Below are positions 38,778 through 53,495 of a stretch of DNA of 64,000 nt, piece by piece. This stretch comes from Tubiluchus corallicola (taxonomy: Eukaryota; Animalia; Priapulida). Below the pieces are notes generated by a model. It did not search any database and was not told the origin of the DNA. It saw only the letters and a list, made by a program, of their open reading frames with translations. Where the stretch lies: assembly GCA_030141605.1 (NCBI GenBank), contig JAQGDQ010000455.1, positions 63,750-127,749 of the forward strand. Direction: 5' to 3'. Position 1 is the stretch's first letter; each line of letters starts with the position of its first letter. A program made the position numbers and the translations under genes.

Positions 38778-39069
38778 CATAGGCGTACGGGCCAGGGGAG
38801 ATGGGGGCTGCAGCCCCTGGATTCGGGCAAACACATTTTTTTCGGCAACCAGCCAAATAATGAAATAAATAAAATATTTTTCATTAAAGGAAATCTAAAA
38901 TTTCCACATGCCGCCAAATGGTGTGCCTGAAATCCGGGCATTTTTTTATCATGGGGTGGTGTGAGGCAATTCCTGACTCGAAATTTTGCGTTCTTTTTTT
39001 CAGTTGGTGCTGTATTTTTCGAGCAAAAGTGGCTCAGCCCCCCTGGAAAAATCGGCCCGTGCACCTATG
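38778..39069. mobile_element. hAT-type MITE (292 bp) downstream of the VPS45 stop
   Basis: TIRs CATAGGCGTACGGGCC / GGCCCGTGCACCTATG (14/16); 8-bp flanks TCTTTAAA / TCGTTAAG (6/8); CAGCCCC subterminal motifs. Confidence 0.8.
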
Positions 39070-39318
39070 TCGTTAAGTATTATCAACTATATATTAAATG
39101 TGCAGCTTTGTTGTTGAATTTTCTGTATAGTACTCGAATAAGCAAATAACACTTGAATATTACAAATTCTTTTATAGTACTTGTATTATAAAAAACAGCA
39201 ACAAATGTATTAAATGCAACATTGATATCTGCAAAACTTAGTGAAGCATAGTCATTAAATATTACAAAAGGGTTCTTGTACTAACTGTTTCAATATGTAT
39301 ACAATATAAAACTGTAAG

Positions 39319-39324
39319 AATAAA
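39319..39324 (+). promoter_or_regulatory. candidate VPS45 polyadenylation signal
   Basis: AATAAA followed by a GT/T-rich tract (GTTCTTTAGTTCGTGTTTTT). Confidence 0.35.
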
Positions 39325-40774
39325 GTTCTTTAGTTCGTGTTTTTCTACCACAGATTTTTTTAAATTCTTATCCTTATACAGTGAAAGAAAAGTAATATTA
39401 AAAGAAATTATTACTGTAATTTATCAATAATAAATTACTAAAGTCCTTTGTGGTGAGGCTAGTGTCAAGTCTGAAAGGTGCATTTTCAATTTTATTGGTT
39501 TTAATGTGTGTCATGTTATATTACATTACATATTAAAATACTGTCAATTCTATCACAGAATTTTTTCATTTATGTGAAGACTTGGTTAACAAAATTGAAA
39601 TTTCGAGATCAAGTCCAGTGTGCTGTGTTGTCGGAAAACTTGTTGCATGAAAAAGTGAGTACTTATATTGTGAAATTTAGTTGGTTATTAGATTAATAAC
39701 CATTTAGTTTGAAAACCAAAATACTTGCAAACTGAGCTCCAAAGCCTTGTTTGTGAAGTCATATTTTTCAAAGCAGCTTTCCAAGTGAATTATGCATTGC
39801 CAGCTAACTCAGGAACCAAATTACTCATTTGTAAAAAAAAAAAAAACTAATGACACAGCTCAACCTATTTATCTCCAGGTAAACGAATGACAATTTGCTT
39901 TCAGGGTTTGCATATATAATTGAATCGCCCTTAATCACGAAACCAGTGCACAATGAACACGATTCAGCAGCAAGTGCTAAGCAATAAGAAGCAGTAAAAG
40001 TAGGTGGTGTCTTTCATTTACTAACTGCTAACATGGTGCTAGCACAGCTAACTACCCTACCATATTGTCATTGTTTCAAGATTTTAAAAGATGAATAGGT
40101 ACCAGCAAGAGAAGCCAACATACTACTACAAGGTGCCAGTAAGAATAAAGTTACTAAAGTTACTTTGTTACTAATGTAATGCACCTGAAAATTATTGCAT
40201 ATAGTGTTCCTTGCAATATTCCGAAAGATTCCAGCACACATTCATTTACAGCAAATTAATACAAGAATTTACAGGGAATTGCAATCGTGATGCGTATGAT
40301 CTTATTGGTCAATTGCCGGCAAACCTTTAATAACAAATGCAGTAAAAATTTTTGTTCATTTTATTGCAATATTGCAATTAAATTATCACCATGACATACA
40401 TTATATTTTAAAAAAGCAACCTGCTATTTCACATTCTCAACTTAAGTTCTAAAAACTTTTCAACAAGCTTGTAACCATACTGCTCTTGATTATTCTTGAG
40501 CGACAAGTAGATAGTGAAAGTTGAACAGCTTGAAAAGCTTTGAGTGCACACCAAAAATACATCAGTGAAAGCCACTAAGGATTGCTTTATAAAAGGATAA
40601 GAAGACGACTTCAGTAATTAGTGTATAACTTGAGTATTTTCGAATTTGCTGGATATTGTATAAACATAAAAAACAGCATATTAGTATGTCAAAAATTCAA
40701 ACTATCCAAAACAATACTTAACAATGGTCACAATGGAATGAAACTGGTATAACAGCATAAAATACTTCGAAACG

Positions 40775-43700
40775 TCAGGATTTTAAAGTACTGTGTCTTT
40801 CCAGCGCCTCCAAACTGATTTTCTGTTTTTTATGATACTCATCATCACCAGAATCTAGACGATGCATGTTCCAGCTTGCAAGTTTCCTGCAATCTGGGGC
40901 CACATCTATGTCCTGCAAACGAAAAGCCAGCCAATATCTACATGAAGAAAGTGTTAAAATTGCTTAATAAGCAAGAGTTAATAATTATCACAGGTGAATG
41001 AAGACGTTATAAGGAAAACTACGAAATTAATGATGCAGTCATGATGAGAGATTCATTAACACATTGTTTGATTAACACTTCACCCATTTTTCCTTTTCAC
41101 ACTGATGCACTTATTTAGTTTCCAACAAGGCATTTGAAAAGCATACAATACATTAGTTATATCATGTACATTATTGTGCAAATTTGGAAATCTAAGCAAA
41201 TCCCATTTTTTCTGCAATAAAATTATGAGCGAAAGCCTACATACATCAACACTTAAGCAGTTCATTAAAACACGAAATGGCTGACTTCCTCTCTAAGGCA
41301 ATGTTTTTTTAATGTATGCAGCTGTTAAATATCAGGTATATATTTCATAAATGATATAATATTTCAGTGATTTAAATTATTATATAATTATATAGGATTT
41401 ATTTTGATTATTGTAATACAATAGATTTATTGGGTACTTGCATAAATAAATAACAAAAACAATATCTGTTAGTAGTTAAATAAATATTTACAATGTTTAC
41501 ATAAAATTTCAGCATTGTCAGACAAATTAGATGTCAGTGTGGTACCAAGATGTAGCACTTTGTCATACTGAGTTTTACTGTGAGATGTAAATTGTGGAAG
41601 TAGACAAAGTACAAGTCAGTGATTGGATGTCATTTGATTTGCACATATCGCTTCCTTTTTGATGTTGCATTTCTTTCATTAATTTATTTACTTAAAGCTT
41701 TTAAGATGTACTGTCACAATAAGATGCTTAGAAACACGAATCACATTTAACTGGAATAATCTTGCCAACGATTGCACTTTTGCACAAAAACAATGCTTGG
41801 CCTAAACATGCATTGTTTAATCTTTGTAACGACTAAATCCTATTTGATAAAAGTATTTGTACGACATACCTGTTTTTGATATAACCATTCCATAAATCGA
41901 AGAACACATAAATCTATCACAGCTAGTAACATCACCCATAGTCCAAATATCTGTCCTATCTCACGTAACCTAAAATAAATATCCTTTGTAACTTTAGGAT
42001 ATGATTAGATTCAAGGCAATAGTGGGTGCTAGCGTCACCTAGTGAACATTTTCGAAGATTTTTTAGTTTAACAATTTAACATTGTTATACTGCAGCAATC
42101 AGATATCAGAACCCAACTTTAGGCATAATCACCTGACTTACCTGACCTGTTTTACCTGTCCAGATTTACAATACTTACACGTGTACAACGATTATAGGTC
42201 TTTTTCTTTGCTGTTTTTTATTCTGGTGAACCTAATAATTGCTGTTTTTTGTTATCCAGGATGCCATTTTGGTCATTAAATTGCAAGTTTTGCTAATTGG
42301 ATTCTGTCGTCTTTCTCTTGTACCAAATTAACGCAATAATTTACTGTTTTTGTTATAAATTAGGCGATTATTGGATATACATAATATCTTTGTTAATTGC
42401 TGGACTTTCCTATTTTCACATGTTAATCTGTTAATTATTTCTCTATTGTTGCTTAGAATCGGTTTTATACACTGAATAAATTAATTTCAGGTTTATAGCA
42501 ATAAGTTGTGCCTGATTTGGCTTTTTTGGATGTTTCACCTGGGCACATCCACAGTAATAAAGAGCCTGAACCAACTTTGCAGTCTAAGTTATGCTAGCGT
42601 TTAAGAATTTTAATTGTCTTCGTCTGACATTTCAAAATTCAATAAATTTCAGCCAACCTTTTGAATTTCTGTTTTAACGTTGGTTCTGCAAAATGGAATG
42701 TCGAATTGTAAACAATTTCAGTGCGCCTTGCCACATCTTGCCATTTGTAAAGCTCTTTTACGTTACAATGAATATCATGTGCATCAAGACAGTTACCATG
42801 GCGACAATCTGCTATAGCCTTTTCCAATTCCTCTATCAGACCTGTGGAAAACCACACTGTTACAAAGAAGATTACTTGCAAATTCTTAAATACATTTCTA
42901 GGCAGATTAAAATGTTTAAGTAATACCTAACTAGTTTAGAAGAGCGATATGCTATGGGCAGACATGTTAAGCCTCAGAGCATGAGACACATGCCCCTTTA
43001 TTGGTGTCATGCTTTCACACTTGCAAATTAACAAATTCACCAATCCTCTTCGCTTCTGTTTCCTTATTTTTATGGGCCAGTAAAGTCAGTAAAGTGCAAA
43101 AGAAGAACGAAAAGGAGCAACTTCATGTAACCTGCCTAAAGTACAGAATCAACATTCCTTGAACTACAAAGTCATGACATTTAGAGTAATGAAAAAAAAA
43201 CTGAATCTACTGCTTGGGGATTGGTCAGCTCTATTTAAGCTTATATGTAAGAATACCATCACATTTTGTCTACTGAGGCAGAAATACATGAAACTGATGC
43301 CAAAAATGCCAGCTCTGCAGGTAATTACGTGAGTTGAAAAATCCAACATAAAAACTACAACTATATTAAGTGGGTGCAGCTTCAAAGTTGAATTTTTATT
43401 TATTTTTGACAATTTATTTGACTTTCTTTCTAATGCACAGCTAGTCTCTCAGTATCCATCTTCATGCCCACCAGCTGCTCACATTTTCACAAATGAACTT
43501 AATTTTTCACAACTTATTACAACTTACAATTTAATTTGTTATAAATGTTACAGTATATGACAACAATTATACATTCTACAATTACTGCTCTGCAAAGTTC
43601 CAAATCTGGAAATAAACAACATCCACATGTCTCAAGAAGCAGCACAACCAACCATTATGCGCCTGAAAGATCGCAAATACAGGATTGGTTGAGTTCTGCA

Positions 43701-46700
43701 CTAGGTAATCATAAATGATCATGTACTATTAAATAGTGTCTTGTTGCTTTAAAAAATAAAAAAAGAATAATTAATTTATCAGCAAAAGAGAACTAAGTTA
43801 TGAGACTGGCCAAAAATAAAAATACAAAATTTAAATTGCACTCACAAGAAACATTTGGATCAGCAAGTCGTATCAATTCTGGTGGTAACACCTCAACTAC
43901 ACCACCTACTTTTGTACTAACTACCAGCAACCTAAAATAATAACAAAAAATGCATTTTATTATGTGAGAAGCATCATAAGCAATAATAAATGATTACTTC
44001 ATCATGCGATAATTTCATTTCAAATCATTCATTTCAAATAAATATTATAATTACAATTATCATTATCATTATTATTACTATTATCATTACATTGATTACT
44101 TCACATCAATGAAATTGTGCAACGTCAAGTAAACAAGAAAGTTACAGTTCTGTGTGGCACCCCATTTTTAAATTACAATTTACAAATAAAAGATGTACTA
44201 CTGCTTGAAACTTAGATTAATTTTAATAATTTATTAAATATATTTTTGCAGAAAAGCAACAGCAGTGTTGCACTAATCAGTACAAGGCAAGCAGCGCCAT
44301 CAAATGATAAGAAAATTGGTGTATTGCAGACTAGGCCACCTACATTTAAGGGAAAGAAAATAACAAGTCTGTCAGTTAATGGAAATAAAAAACTGTAGTT
44401 TATACTATTGCTTCAACATACCCACAGCTCGCTGCTTCAACAATTGCCATACAGAATGCTTCAGTTAATGATGTATTTAAGAATATGTCACCTTTCACTA
44501 ACACCTGTCATAAAAAGCAACATCAAATTACTAACAGATTAATACTTTTACTTCGGTGTTTTAGCTCCTAGCAAAAGCAAAATTTATTACTGTGTTCTCG
44601 ACAGAAATGAAGTTGAATCAAACATAGACATGTTCAATCTACATTTATAAGCACTATGTTGTTGCAGGATTTGGTTGCAAGTACCATACTACATTCAGAG
44701 TACCAGTGATAATACTGTGTTGACAAAGGTGATAAATTGTGGCAACATAAACAAATTTAAATATGATGCTTTTCTTTTAAAATACATTAGTAGCATCAAT
44801 TTAAAATAATAATATTAATATTGTAATGCTTAAGATAGACAAAATATTACATACATCCCGTACATCCTTGTGTTCTACAAATCCTAGCATATGAACCCTG
44901 TCATGCAGTTCATACTGTTCTCTCACTTCCTCCAATACTATTCGCTTTGGTCCGTCTCCACCTAATCAATGAACAGGATATTTTTCATATATTCATTACC
45001 CGTTAAATTAAAACTTTCTCGAATTTGGGAAGCACAAGAAATGGAACATAGAAAATATTAGTCATGATTTAAAAAACAACAACTGTGCAACAAACCAGTG
45101 AAATCTGTAATGAAATTCAATCTTGTTGTAGAACAAATTTATTTTTAATTAAAGTAAATAAGATAAACAACTTTATTGAATGATTTAACTTTCATTAAGC
45201 AGCTTGAGTAGTCTACAGTATGTATGAAAGTCAAAAGACATGTTTGGTTTCAGAAGTAAGACTAAGCATTGTATGACCCAGAAATATACCAGAAAACTAA
45301 AGACTATACCTTCGTCAAATTAATTTTATTGTAACAACCTTTCTAAATTTAAGGCTGCAGAATATGCAGTTTTAATAAGTGCTGTTTCAGCTTCTCCTAC
45401 TCAAGGTGAAAATGCCTTTTTTTTATTTTGCAAAGTGGGACTAGAATTAGGGAAAGCAAGCTCAATGCATTTCCAATTTCTCCATTGAACAAATATGCAA
45501 TGAAGAAAAAGTTAACGAATGTGGTATAATAATAAGATAATACTTGCTTTGCTGTGGTTATATACAAGCAAAGTAAGTTGGGAGCTATAGTTAAAATGTG
45601 CAGACAAGTTCACTTTACAGAATCACATTAATTTAATTAACCATAGGCTATATTAGATTACATTAATGCTGATTAAGTCACTTTATTAGCTACAAATTAA
45701 GTGCACATGAGAAAAACTGTCTAAATGGAGACTGGCATGTCACAATTTTTTTTCAGGCATACCTATAATGAATTGAACATCTGAGTGCCGTCTACTTATC
45801 GTCGGTATAATAGCAGCAAGCAAATCTGTACCTTTGCGATACACAAGCCTGGATACCACCACAATAGTTACTGTGAACAAAAATAATGAATACTTATTTA
45901 TAGCTCCAGCAGATCCAGAAAGAAATACTTGACACTTAAACTGCAAATACTGTTAATCAGTTTAGTACAAGACACTAAAAGAACAATCCGGTCTTTCAAT
46001 ATTCTGTCAAAACCCGAATAGTTGTGAAGTTACTCATACTCAAATTTTGAAAATAAAAATTTTTCTCATTAAATGTCAGTTATTAATCATTGACTGATTG
46101 GATGCTTCTTGCTTTCTTTTTAACTCCTCTTTTAGTCCTTGTATCTGTTGTTGTTACTTTTACCAAACATCAATAATGTAGTCACTGACATGTAAATCAG
46201 AAAACAATTCCCACAAATTTTGGAAACGCATCTGATTTGGAAACATTCTTTGCACTCTGCACTATTCTAGCCAAAGTTGAAGGCATGAATGCAATAAAAC
46301 AACCAGTAGTAACTTTGAGCTTTAATTCACAGGTGAGTGGAGGGTCACTGGACAACCACTGACAGTCACTGATTGTGACAACAAGTCTGCATCATTTTGG
46401 CACTTGGTAACACTAAAACCTAAAATTAATATAGCAAACTGTGCAATGTGAAGAAAGTCTAATGTTTCAATTGATGTAAAATAAAAAAGTACTTTTGGTG
46501 CAGCATCTAGGAATTTTGAAAATATTAGATACAGAAGAACTAAGATAGCCATATAACAGTCACCAGTTAGCTCTAAACACAGTAATGCATTTATGCTGAA
46601 GACCTGCTTCACATGAAGGATCCTGACTAAAAATTAAATGTAAAAACCAATCAAATTAACATTACTACATATCTTACGTGAACATGTTGGTTCTTACAAT

Positions 46701-49700
46701 AACTACACCAAACTTTTATATGGATTTTACTAATCAAAAAAGTAAATAAAAGTGTGTACTTTTGTTTTTATCTCGCTTTGCTGGATCAGGAGTAAAAATT
46801 GTGCAATCCACAGCATTTGGTATAACAGAAACCAATTCAGGTTTTAGAGCCGCTCTCAAAATGGTGTTTTCTTTGCTACAAAAAGGTTTAAAACTAAGTT
46901 AGTAATACTTACAGTTATGCAAAGCACATGGCATTTACCTCGAAAATGCGAGGCAAAAATGCAAGAATCCAAAAATTTGCCTTGCTACCACCATATGCGA
47001 AAGAGGCGAAGTGTTTTTTTTCTTAAGGAAGAGAAAGAAGTAAGGAAAAGCTGAAAATGCTATGTTATCTTTTAACAAAGTCTACAGTAGGAAAAAGTAT
47101 GACTAAAATTATAATTGATATCTTGTACTTATTTTCTGATAGAAAAAATAAACATACCTTATGGCACTTTGACACAAGTACACTTTGCTAAGATCAAATA
47201 TTCATATTCTATTACTTTAAGAAAACATGTTTATCTGTTTAAGTCATACCAAAATACAATAAGATTGCATAATAATTGTATGAAAAACCACATTACATGA
47301 GGAGTGTCATCACTAATGTTCTTGTAAAGTTAACAATACAAGCAAAGTGTTAAAAACCTGTAAAACTTATTCATGCATTGACTGGGGAGTTGAAAAAAAA
47401 GCTGTGCTATTAAAACCACATACGACAAGATGGGACATAAAAAGGTAGAAAAAGGCTAGTTATTAATAATACAGTAGTCATCGCTTAATAAAACCACCAC
47501 AGGACCAGCAATAAGTGATCTCAATAAATGGCAGTTTTATTATGCAGCTCCTGTTGCAAGTGTGTGTATTTAGCAAAAGTGGTACAGAACATGACCGCTT
47601 CGCCGTAATTAATATATGCTATGCACGAATGTGCAAGATGTTCACTAAAGTTAACTATATGCATCACCTTTATTTTTAACATCCATTTTGCAAAAACATG
47701 TATTGGCTGTCAATTTTAGCTACATGTAGTTAGTTTACCATTCATTTTTGTGACCAAGGTGTTTACATACACGCTTATGCAATTAGTCAAACTTAATATG
47801 ATTTATATTATTTAATCTAAATTTTAATGAGTTTGCCTGACATAATTCAATGCCTTACATATACAGATTTTGTTTACAGGCTCACACATAATGGGGCAGT
47901 CAGCTCAATCACACGCCAACAGAACGACTCAAGTGCAGAACACTGATTCAAGTTTACTCAACAGACCAATATGTATTTTAGCAGCTGTACAAGCAAAGCA
48001 GTTATGATGAAATAATCGACCTTAACTTTCTGTATGACTTTGAATAAGAAGAGGTGTATCTAAAAGAGGGTCTTGAAATTTTGACTAAGAAGAGATGAAA
48101 ATAGGAACATTAAACTTCAACTGCACATTTTAAAAAAAATAGACAGACTACCAAAAATATCTTTTATTTTAACACGTTGTTATTGCTTTTGTTGCCTACT
48201 ACTGTGGTCTTATTAAACGGCATGCTAGTTTTATTAGTCAAATTTTCTTAACAATAGTTTTTACAGGAATAATTCTGCACCATGCCTAAATGGTTCTAAA
48301 ACGCGGCTGGTTTTATTATCCATGGTTTTATTAAGCAGTGACTACCATATGTTAGTCATTTTCGACTTACAGCTATTGTTGAAAGTGTGACAAATTAATT
48401 ACACACTACTGCCAGAAAGTGCTCTTTAACTATATGACTAAATGCCTTTAAAGCTCACATTCATGGTGATAGTCCTTCAGATGTGTTAACTATGGTAAGG
48501 CATTAATTATAAATTTTAAGAAAACTTAGGTGGTATGAATTTGTTGACCTCGGACTATCCGCTACACGTGCTTATGCTAGATTTTGGCAAACAAAAAAGA
48601 CTATCACATTAGTATTACATTAGTGACAGTGACAACAATATTCTCGGCACTGTCCTCTGGTAAAAAATTACAAAGTTTGCAAAAAATTGAGAAACAACAT
48701 AATTTTACCTAGTATGAGACACACATATGACATGACTGCAAGCAGCCAACGAAATCTTGAGCAATTGATTAGTGATGATTGATGATGCGTCTGCAAAGCC
48801 AAACAAAGAGTGGTCCGTGAAGACAGTTTTGATATCCATGAGGCGTGCATGAAACATGGCTTCGTGAGCTAATGTAGAAAATGCCTGCAATAAGCCATCA
48901 TACTGATTTCTTAAAAAACAGAATAACACTAACATATAGCTTATTGCTTTTTCCAAATACTAGTTACACAATACTTTAGATTTATACGAGCCTGATAGCA
49001 TGGATGGCAAAACTGTCATTTATTATCCAAGAAATAACAAGTTCAATTTCACAGCAAAGCCATACCGTAGACATCGGAATGGTTTTTCCTACTGTTTCCC
49101 TGCCATATGTGTTTATCTTTGTAGATAGCTCTAATCTTTAGAAGATTATGTTAACTTCTGTGTACAATAGTTATATATGAACAAGGATATAATTTTAGCC
49201 ACTACTTCACTTTTCAACTGTTTTTACTTTCTAAAACATAAGGCTGTTGCACTAAATCTCTTGAAAAGTTTACCAAGACAGCAAAAGCAGTACAACATAA
49301 AGTACTTTTGTACAAAACTACATACCGAATGCCCATGGACGATGGTAATTCTTTCACGAATACAAATATTTCTGATGAGTGGCAAACTGGGAAACAACGA
49401 CGGTAGCACGCATTGATTGTAAAATACCTTCATTGGCAAATAATACACCTGTAATACAAACAATTAAATACCTTCATGAATAAGATTTAAATGATTCGAT
49501 AAACTCAAAGTAACCGATATTATAATTAAATTAGAAAAGTAAAACTTAGTGAAATAGACTACAAAATGTAAAAATAATTTAACAAATGCTGTAATTTTAT
49601 AGTAAGCTAATACTGATGTCAATATACATAAAGTTTAGCTTACTCACACGTACAACAAACAACACGTACAGTTCGTACAATTGCATGGTGTTAAAGAACT

Positions 49701-51067
49701 ATCAGAACAATTTTTTTAGTAGATTCAGATAAAACCACCGCCAGACCTATTTTCACTAAAGAAATTCATACTCACAGAAAACAAGAACAAAAAAAACAGC
49801 TGTTTGCCTACAACAAATTTCATGCTGTAATTTTCCTAAAATGTTGCACTAACTTTTAAACCATTGGTCAGATAACGGATTCCGCTTCGCTCTCCATATG
49901 CATGAGTGATTACGACGACCTTGTGGCCTCTTTCGATCAAGCATTGTGACAACTGGTATATGTGACTTTCAACACCTCCAGTGTTTGGAAAAAAGAAGTC
50001 TGACACCATGCTGAAAACAACAAAAAATAAAATAAAATAAAACACTACAACGTTGACTTCAGACCTGCCAATTCTCACACATTAGATGAGTGTCTCATGC
50101 ATTTTAAGTATTTCAAACGATTATTGAAAACTAAGAATTTTTGGGTGCTACTGAGCTTTATTTGTGTGTACAAAAGAACAGAAATATATATATATATATA
50201 AACCATAGTGAACTGCAATAATAGAATAAGAAAATTCAGTAATACCCCAAAATTACCTTAATTTTGATTGATTGCTTTAATTTTTTGAAATCTGTTATAT
50301 TATAATACAATAATTTGATTTTGATACCCAAAAATGCAAAAATTTTTGGGGCATACTTTGCCCCCAACCCCTGCCAGGCACGAGATAATCTCAGGGCTTT
50401 CCATGTTTTACACTCATTTTTACATCAGAGGTCTGTAACTTCTGTAGTTTAGGTATACTGAGTTTACAGACTTCTAGATAGGATCCTTCCTATTTCCCTT
50501 GGAACCCAAAGAACTGGCAAAGACAAACAATGAGCCTTCATTACAGACATATAGCTACAAAAGCATGGCTAACACTGACCAGCTCTAAACAGAAACCAGG
50601 CGGGCAATTACAAAAAATAATTGCAAATGGGAGATGGCTGCCATGAAGTGATGGAATTGTGTAATTTATCCAGAAGCGCTACTAAAGTAATATGATTAAA
50701 GAAAAACGTTTAACTAAATATTTAGTTTTATCAAAATCTTAAATTATGCTGCAGGCACTGTAGTTATAATTTATGTATGCCCACTCGCCATGTGCCCGGC
50801 TAAAGAGAGAAAAAATAAAAAAACATGGCTCCATGATAATCTTCACCGTCTTAATTTTAAGCTGAGTGGATTGGGATAGAGCTCAGTATGACCTGCCAAT
50901 AATAACATTGCATGACTACCAAGGCACGAACAACAATTAAGCCCATTTTGCGAAAAGAAACAACTTCTGTGTAGCCACACAAACTGATGAAGAAAACAAA
51001 GCAAATCTTAATCATTAATTATAGAATGTACTCAAACTTGCAAACATTACCAAATATGGTGCTTCAT
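40775..51067 (-). CDS. PIGA: phosphatidylinositol N-acetylglucosaminyltransferase subunit A (GPI anchor biosynthesis)
   Basis: 12 exons in transcript order: 51067-51051 (MKHHIC; an in-frame upstream ATG at 51103 is possible), 50010-49854 ([31 protein letters not shown]), 49448-49326, 48884-48709 ([17 protein letters not shown]), 46875-46760 ([15 protein letters not shown]), 45870-45763 ([12 protein letters not shown]), 44961-44855 (GGDGPKR), 44504-44422 ([21 protein letters not shown]), 43931-43846, 42841-42658, 41969-41870 (transmembrane segment), 40912-40775 (DIDVAPD...*). Total 1395 nt, 464 aa. Confidence 0.96.
47472..48347. mobile_element. non-autonomous pogo/Tigger-like element (about 876 bp)
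   Basis: TA|CAGTAGTCATCGCTTAATAAAACCA ... TGGTTTTATTAAGCAGTGACTACCA|TA, with subterminal GTTTTATTA repeats. Confidence 0.75.
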
Positions 51068-51539
51068 TCCAGTTTGAAAATGTTTAGCTTCTTTAAAATT
51101 CATAAATCAGTCGTCATACACGTCACCCAAACATCTATGTCCACCAAATGCATCTGTGCATCTTTATTCATTGCTATGCCCTAAGCATCTGCATCAGGTC
51201 ATATATCTAATAATGTAATTAAATGTATGGTCTTTAACAAACTATTCCTCAGAATGTGGTGTTATGCAAGTACTTTTCCTTTGGCAAGCTTTTAAGGACA
51301 ACAATTTTGAATTTTACAGAAAAACTGCCCCTAGCAATGTCTATGAGTTTAGTTTCAAATGAAAATTAAGAGCATAAAAATTGTTTGTTCCAGCTTTTTG
51401 TACACAGACAGCACCTGGATTACTCCTAGTAATGTCTGCTTCAATTCTTAATAAGCTGCTCAAACAGTTGCATTTTTTATCGCCTGTGTTGTGAAGTTTT
51501 TGCTTATTCGTTAGCTCGTTGAATGTTTGACAATGCTTT

Positions 51540-51600
51540 GCATAGCAGCCTGGAAAGCAGAAAGATTTTGGTTTGAGTCCCAGCAGAATGAAATATTTCT
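51540..51600 (+). repeat. 5'-truncated copy of the tRNA-derived SINE seen at 19.3 and 19.5 kb
   Basis: GCATAGC...GGAAAGCAGAAAG...GGTTTGAGTCCCAGCAGA matches both copies. Confidence 0.5.
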
Positions 51601-51999
51601 CAGACCTTCTAATATTACTTTCGTGCATTTATATGATACGAATTACTCTAAAATCCAAATTAGTACATATGGTCCATCAGTTCCTTAGGCAGGGATGAAC
51701 CATTAGTTTTTGCAAAATCTATAAAATTTGAGTGGGACAGGACTTAACCAATCAGGAATAAAATTCTGAGCTGACATTACTACCACATATCCTACTTAAA
51801 GTGATGTTAGCTGACGATAGTATTCTGGGCTGTTTTGCAAATTCACTTAGAAAACGAAAACTTGGTGATATTTGATGAACAGAAATGGATATAGCTGTAA
51901 TTTCATTTGAATCACAATAAAATGTATAATTAAATGTGTAGGCTAAACATAAAAACTCATGATACCGATTAATACATTAAAACTTTGATATTAATGTGC

Positions 52000-52717
52000 A
52001 CAACTTTATGATCGTTCAAATTAACTATTCTAATTTCAGACTTCCAAAATTGCTTCCGAACCACTACCCGAGCTTGCTAGGCACTTTCCTGTGCACCGAA
52101 AGAGTCGTATTCAGCTTTAATACTAATATTAGTTTACTTTTTACAATCATTGGATTAGAAATCATATTTTCTTGAAATGCTGAGACAGAGACACGCAATG
52201 TACAAATTTTTAAGCGTAGTCAGTGCATTAGATAAGGTGATTTGTGTGTAAAATAAAAATTAAAGTCGCAACAGCCAAGCATTAGGACCAGCAGCAGACG
52301 GCTGACATATTGAAATAGCCATGGTTGAATTAGATCGTACGGAAGAGAGTCGCTTTGTAAAAATAACGCTATAAAAAGTTACAAAGCACGTAACAAGCTA
52401 GTAATGGTAGAAAGCTCTACGTATACGAGATGATTTTCAGGTTACATTTAACTTTAATGTTGGGGTTCAGTGCGTTGATTTCTTCATTATTATTATTTGT
52501 TTGGCAGTCGTAATCTAGCTTGCACCGTTCGCTCTACGCACCAAGCCAGCAACAGCGGTAAACACTAGCGTGCCATCGTGGCTGAGTGAATTTTCAATGA
52601 TTTTGGCGTCAAGCCAATTTCATTCAAGAAAATTGAGTGCCGGCTTTGCGTAGTTAAATTTTATTAGAAAATGGCAATTTGACCTTCATTTTTAGTTTGC
52701 AATCATAGCGATTCACC
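52000..52717. promoter_or_regulatory. probable divergent promoter region between PIGA and the next gene
   Basis: Visible rise in GC/CpG content upstream of the PIGA start and just before a candidate + strand ATG exon. Inference only. Confidence 0.35.
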
Positions 52718-52738
52718 ATGCAAGAACGGCTGCGAAAG
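52718..52738 (+). other. candidate first exon (MQERLRK) of an unidentified + strand gene
   Basis: CACCATG context and AAG|GTAATT donor; no homology recognised. Confidence 0.3.
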
Positions 52739-53457
52739 GTAATTAATAGTGTTTAGTAGACTGTAGATATGTAGCTTATAATTATAATATTACTAAATTT
52801 GGTTAGCCCTCTTAATCTAAAAATTTTCTTTAGTTTCTGTTTAGGCTTTTGAGCGCGACTTTAGTCATGAGTACTCATTAGAGTGACTTTAGAACTAGCT
52901 AAACTAATCGCTAGATCAATTGGGAAAAGAATCCCCTAGTGTTTTTATGTAGGCTTGTGCACTTAAAACTATAAAAAGCTCGGAGTAGTGTACCAGGTAT
53001 GGGCCGTATGACATATAGTGTGGTCACATTTACAAAGCACAGTAACAGCTAATGATGCCACAATTTAGATTTTTTACTTTTAAGCTAAAATCCTTAATCA
53101 GTTTTTTGTTGAGTTTTCTTTGTGCTGTCTTATAAAATGTTTTATTATTCTTTGGCAGTTTTTCTTACTGACATATAGACAAGAAGTGAATGAGAAATCT
53201 TTGTAACATATGTTCAGTTTTATCTTGATTAATAAGTCTATGTTTTATATGTATGTTTGTCTTTTACACACACACATGTTTGTGTACAGACAGAGACATT
53301 CTCCATCTACCTCTTTAAAAATACCAAAAATGCAAAGAACACTAATTGTGTTATTTCAAGAGCTAGAAAAATGTATACTGTATGAAATTTGCCATTAGGG
53401 TGTCGGAGAAAAGGTAGCAAAAGGTCGATAATTGATCAAGCCTGTATGTTTGCATAC

Positions 53458-53462
<5 letters not shown>

Positions 53463-53493
<31 letters not shown>
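53463..53493. repeat. (TG)n microsatellite
   Basis: Read directly from the sequence. Confidence 0.9.

Positions 53494-53495
<2 letters not shown>

Noticed and set aside
39996-40010. 15-nt match (AAAAGTAGGTGGTGT) inverted relative to PIGA exon sequence at about 43898-43912
   Set aside because: A few 15-mer matches are expected by chance in a 64-kb self-comparison, and this one does not extend.
41979-41987. ATATCCTTT, a U12 AT-AC donor-like motif
   Set aside because: It is on the strand opposite to PIGA transcription; all reconstructed introns are standard GT-AG.
51144-51160. Alternative PIGA first exon MHRCIC (minus strand)
   Set aside because: Weak donor (gtggac). The exon at 51067-51051 has gtaatg and a better match to the conserved H-x-I-C.
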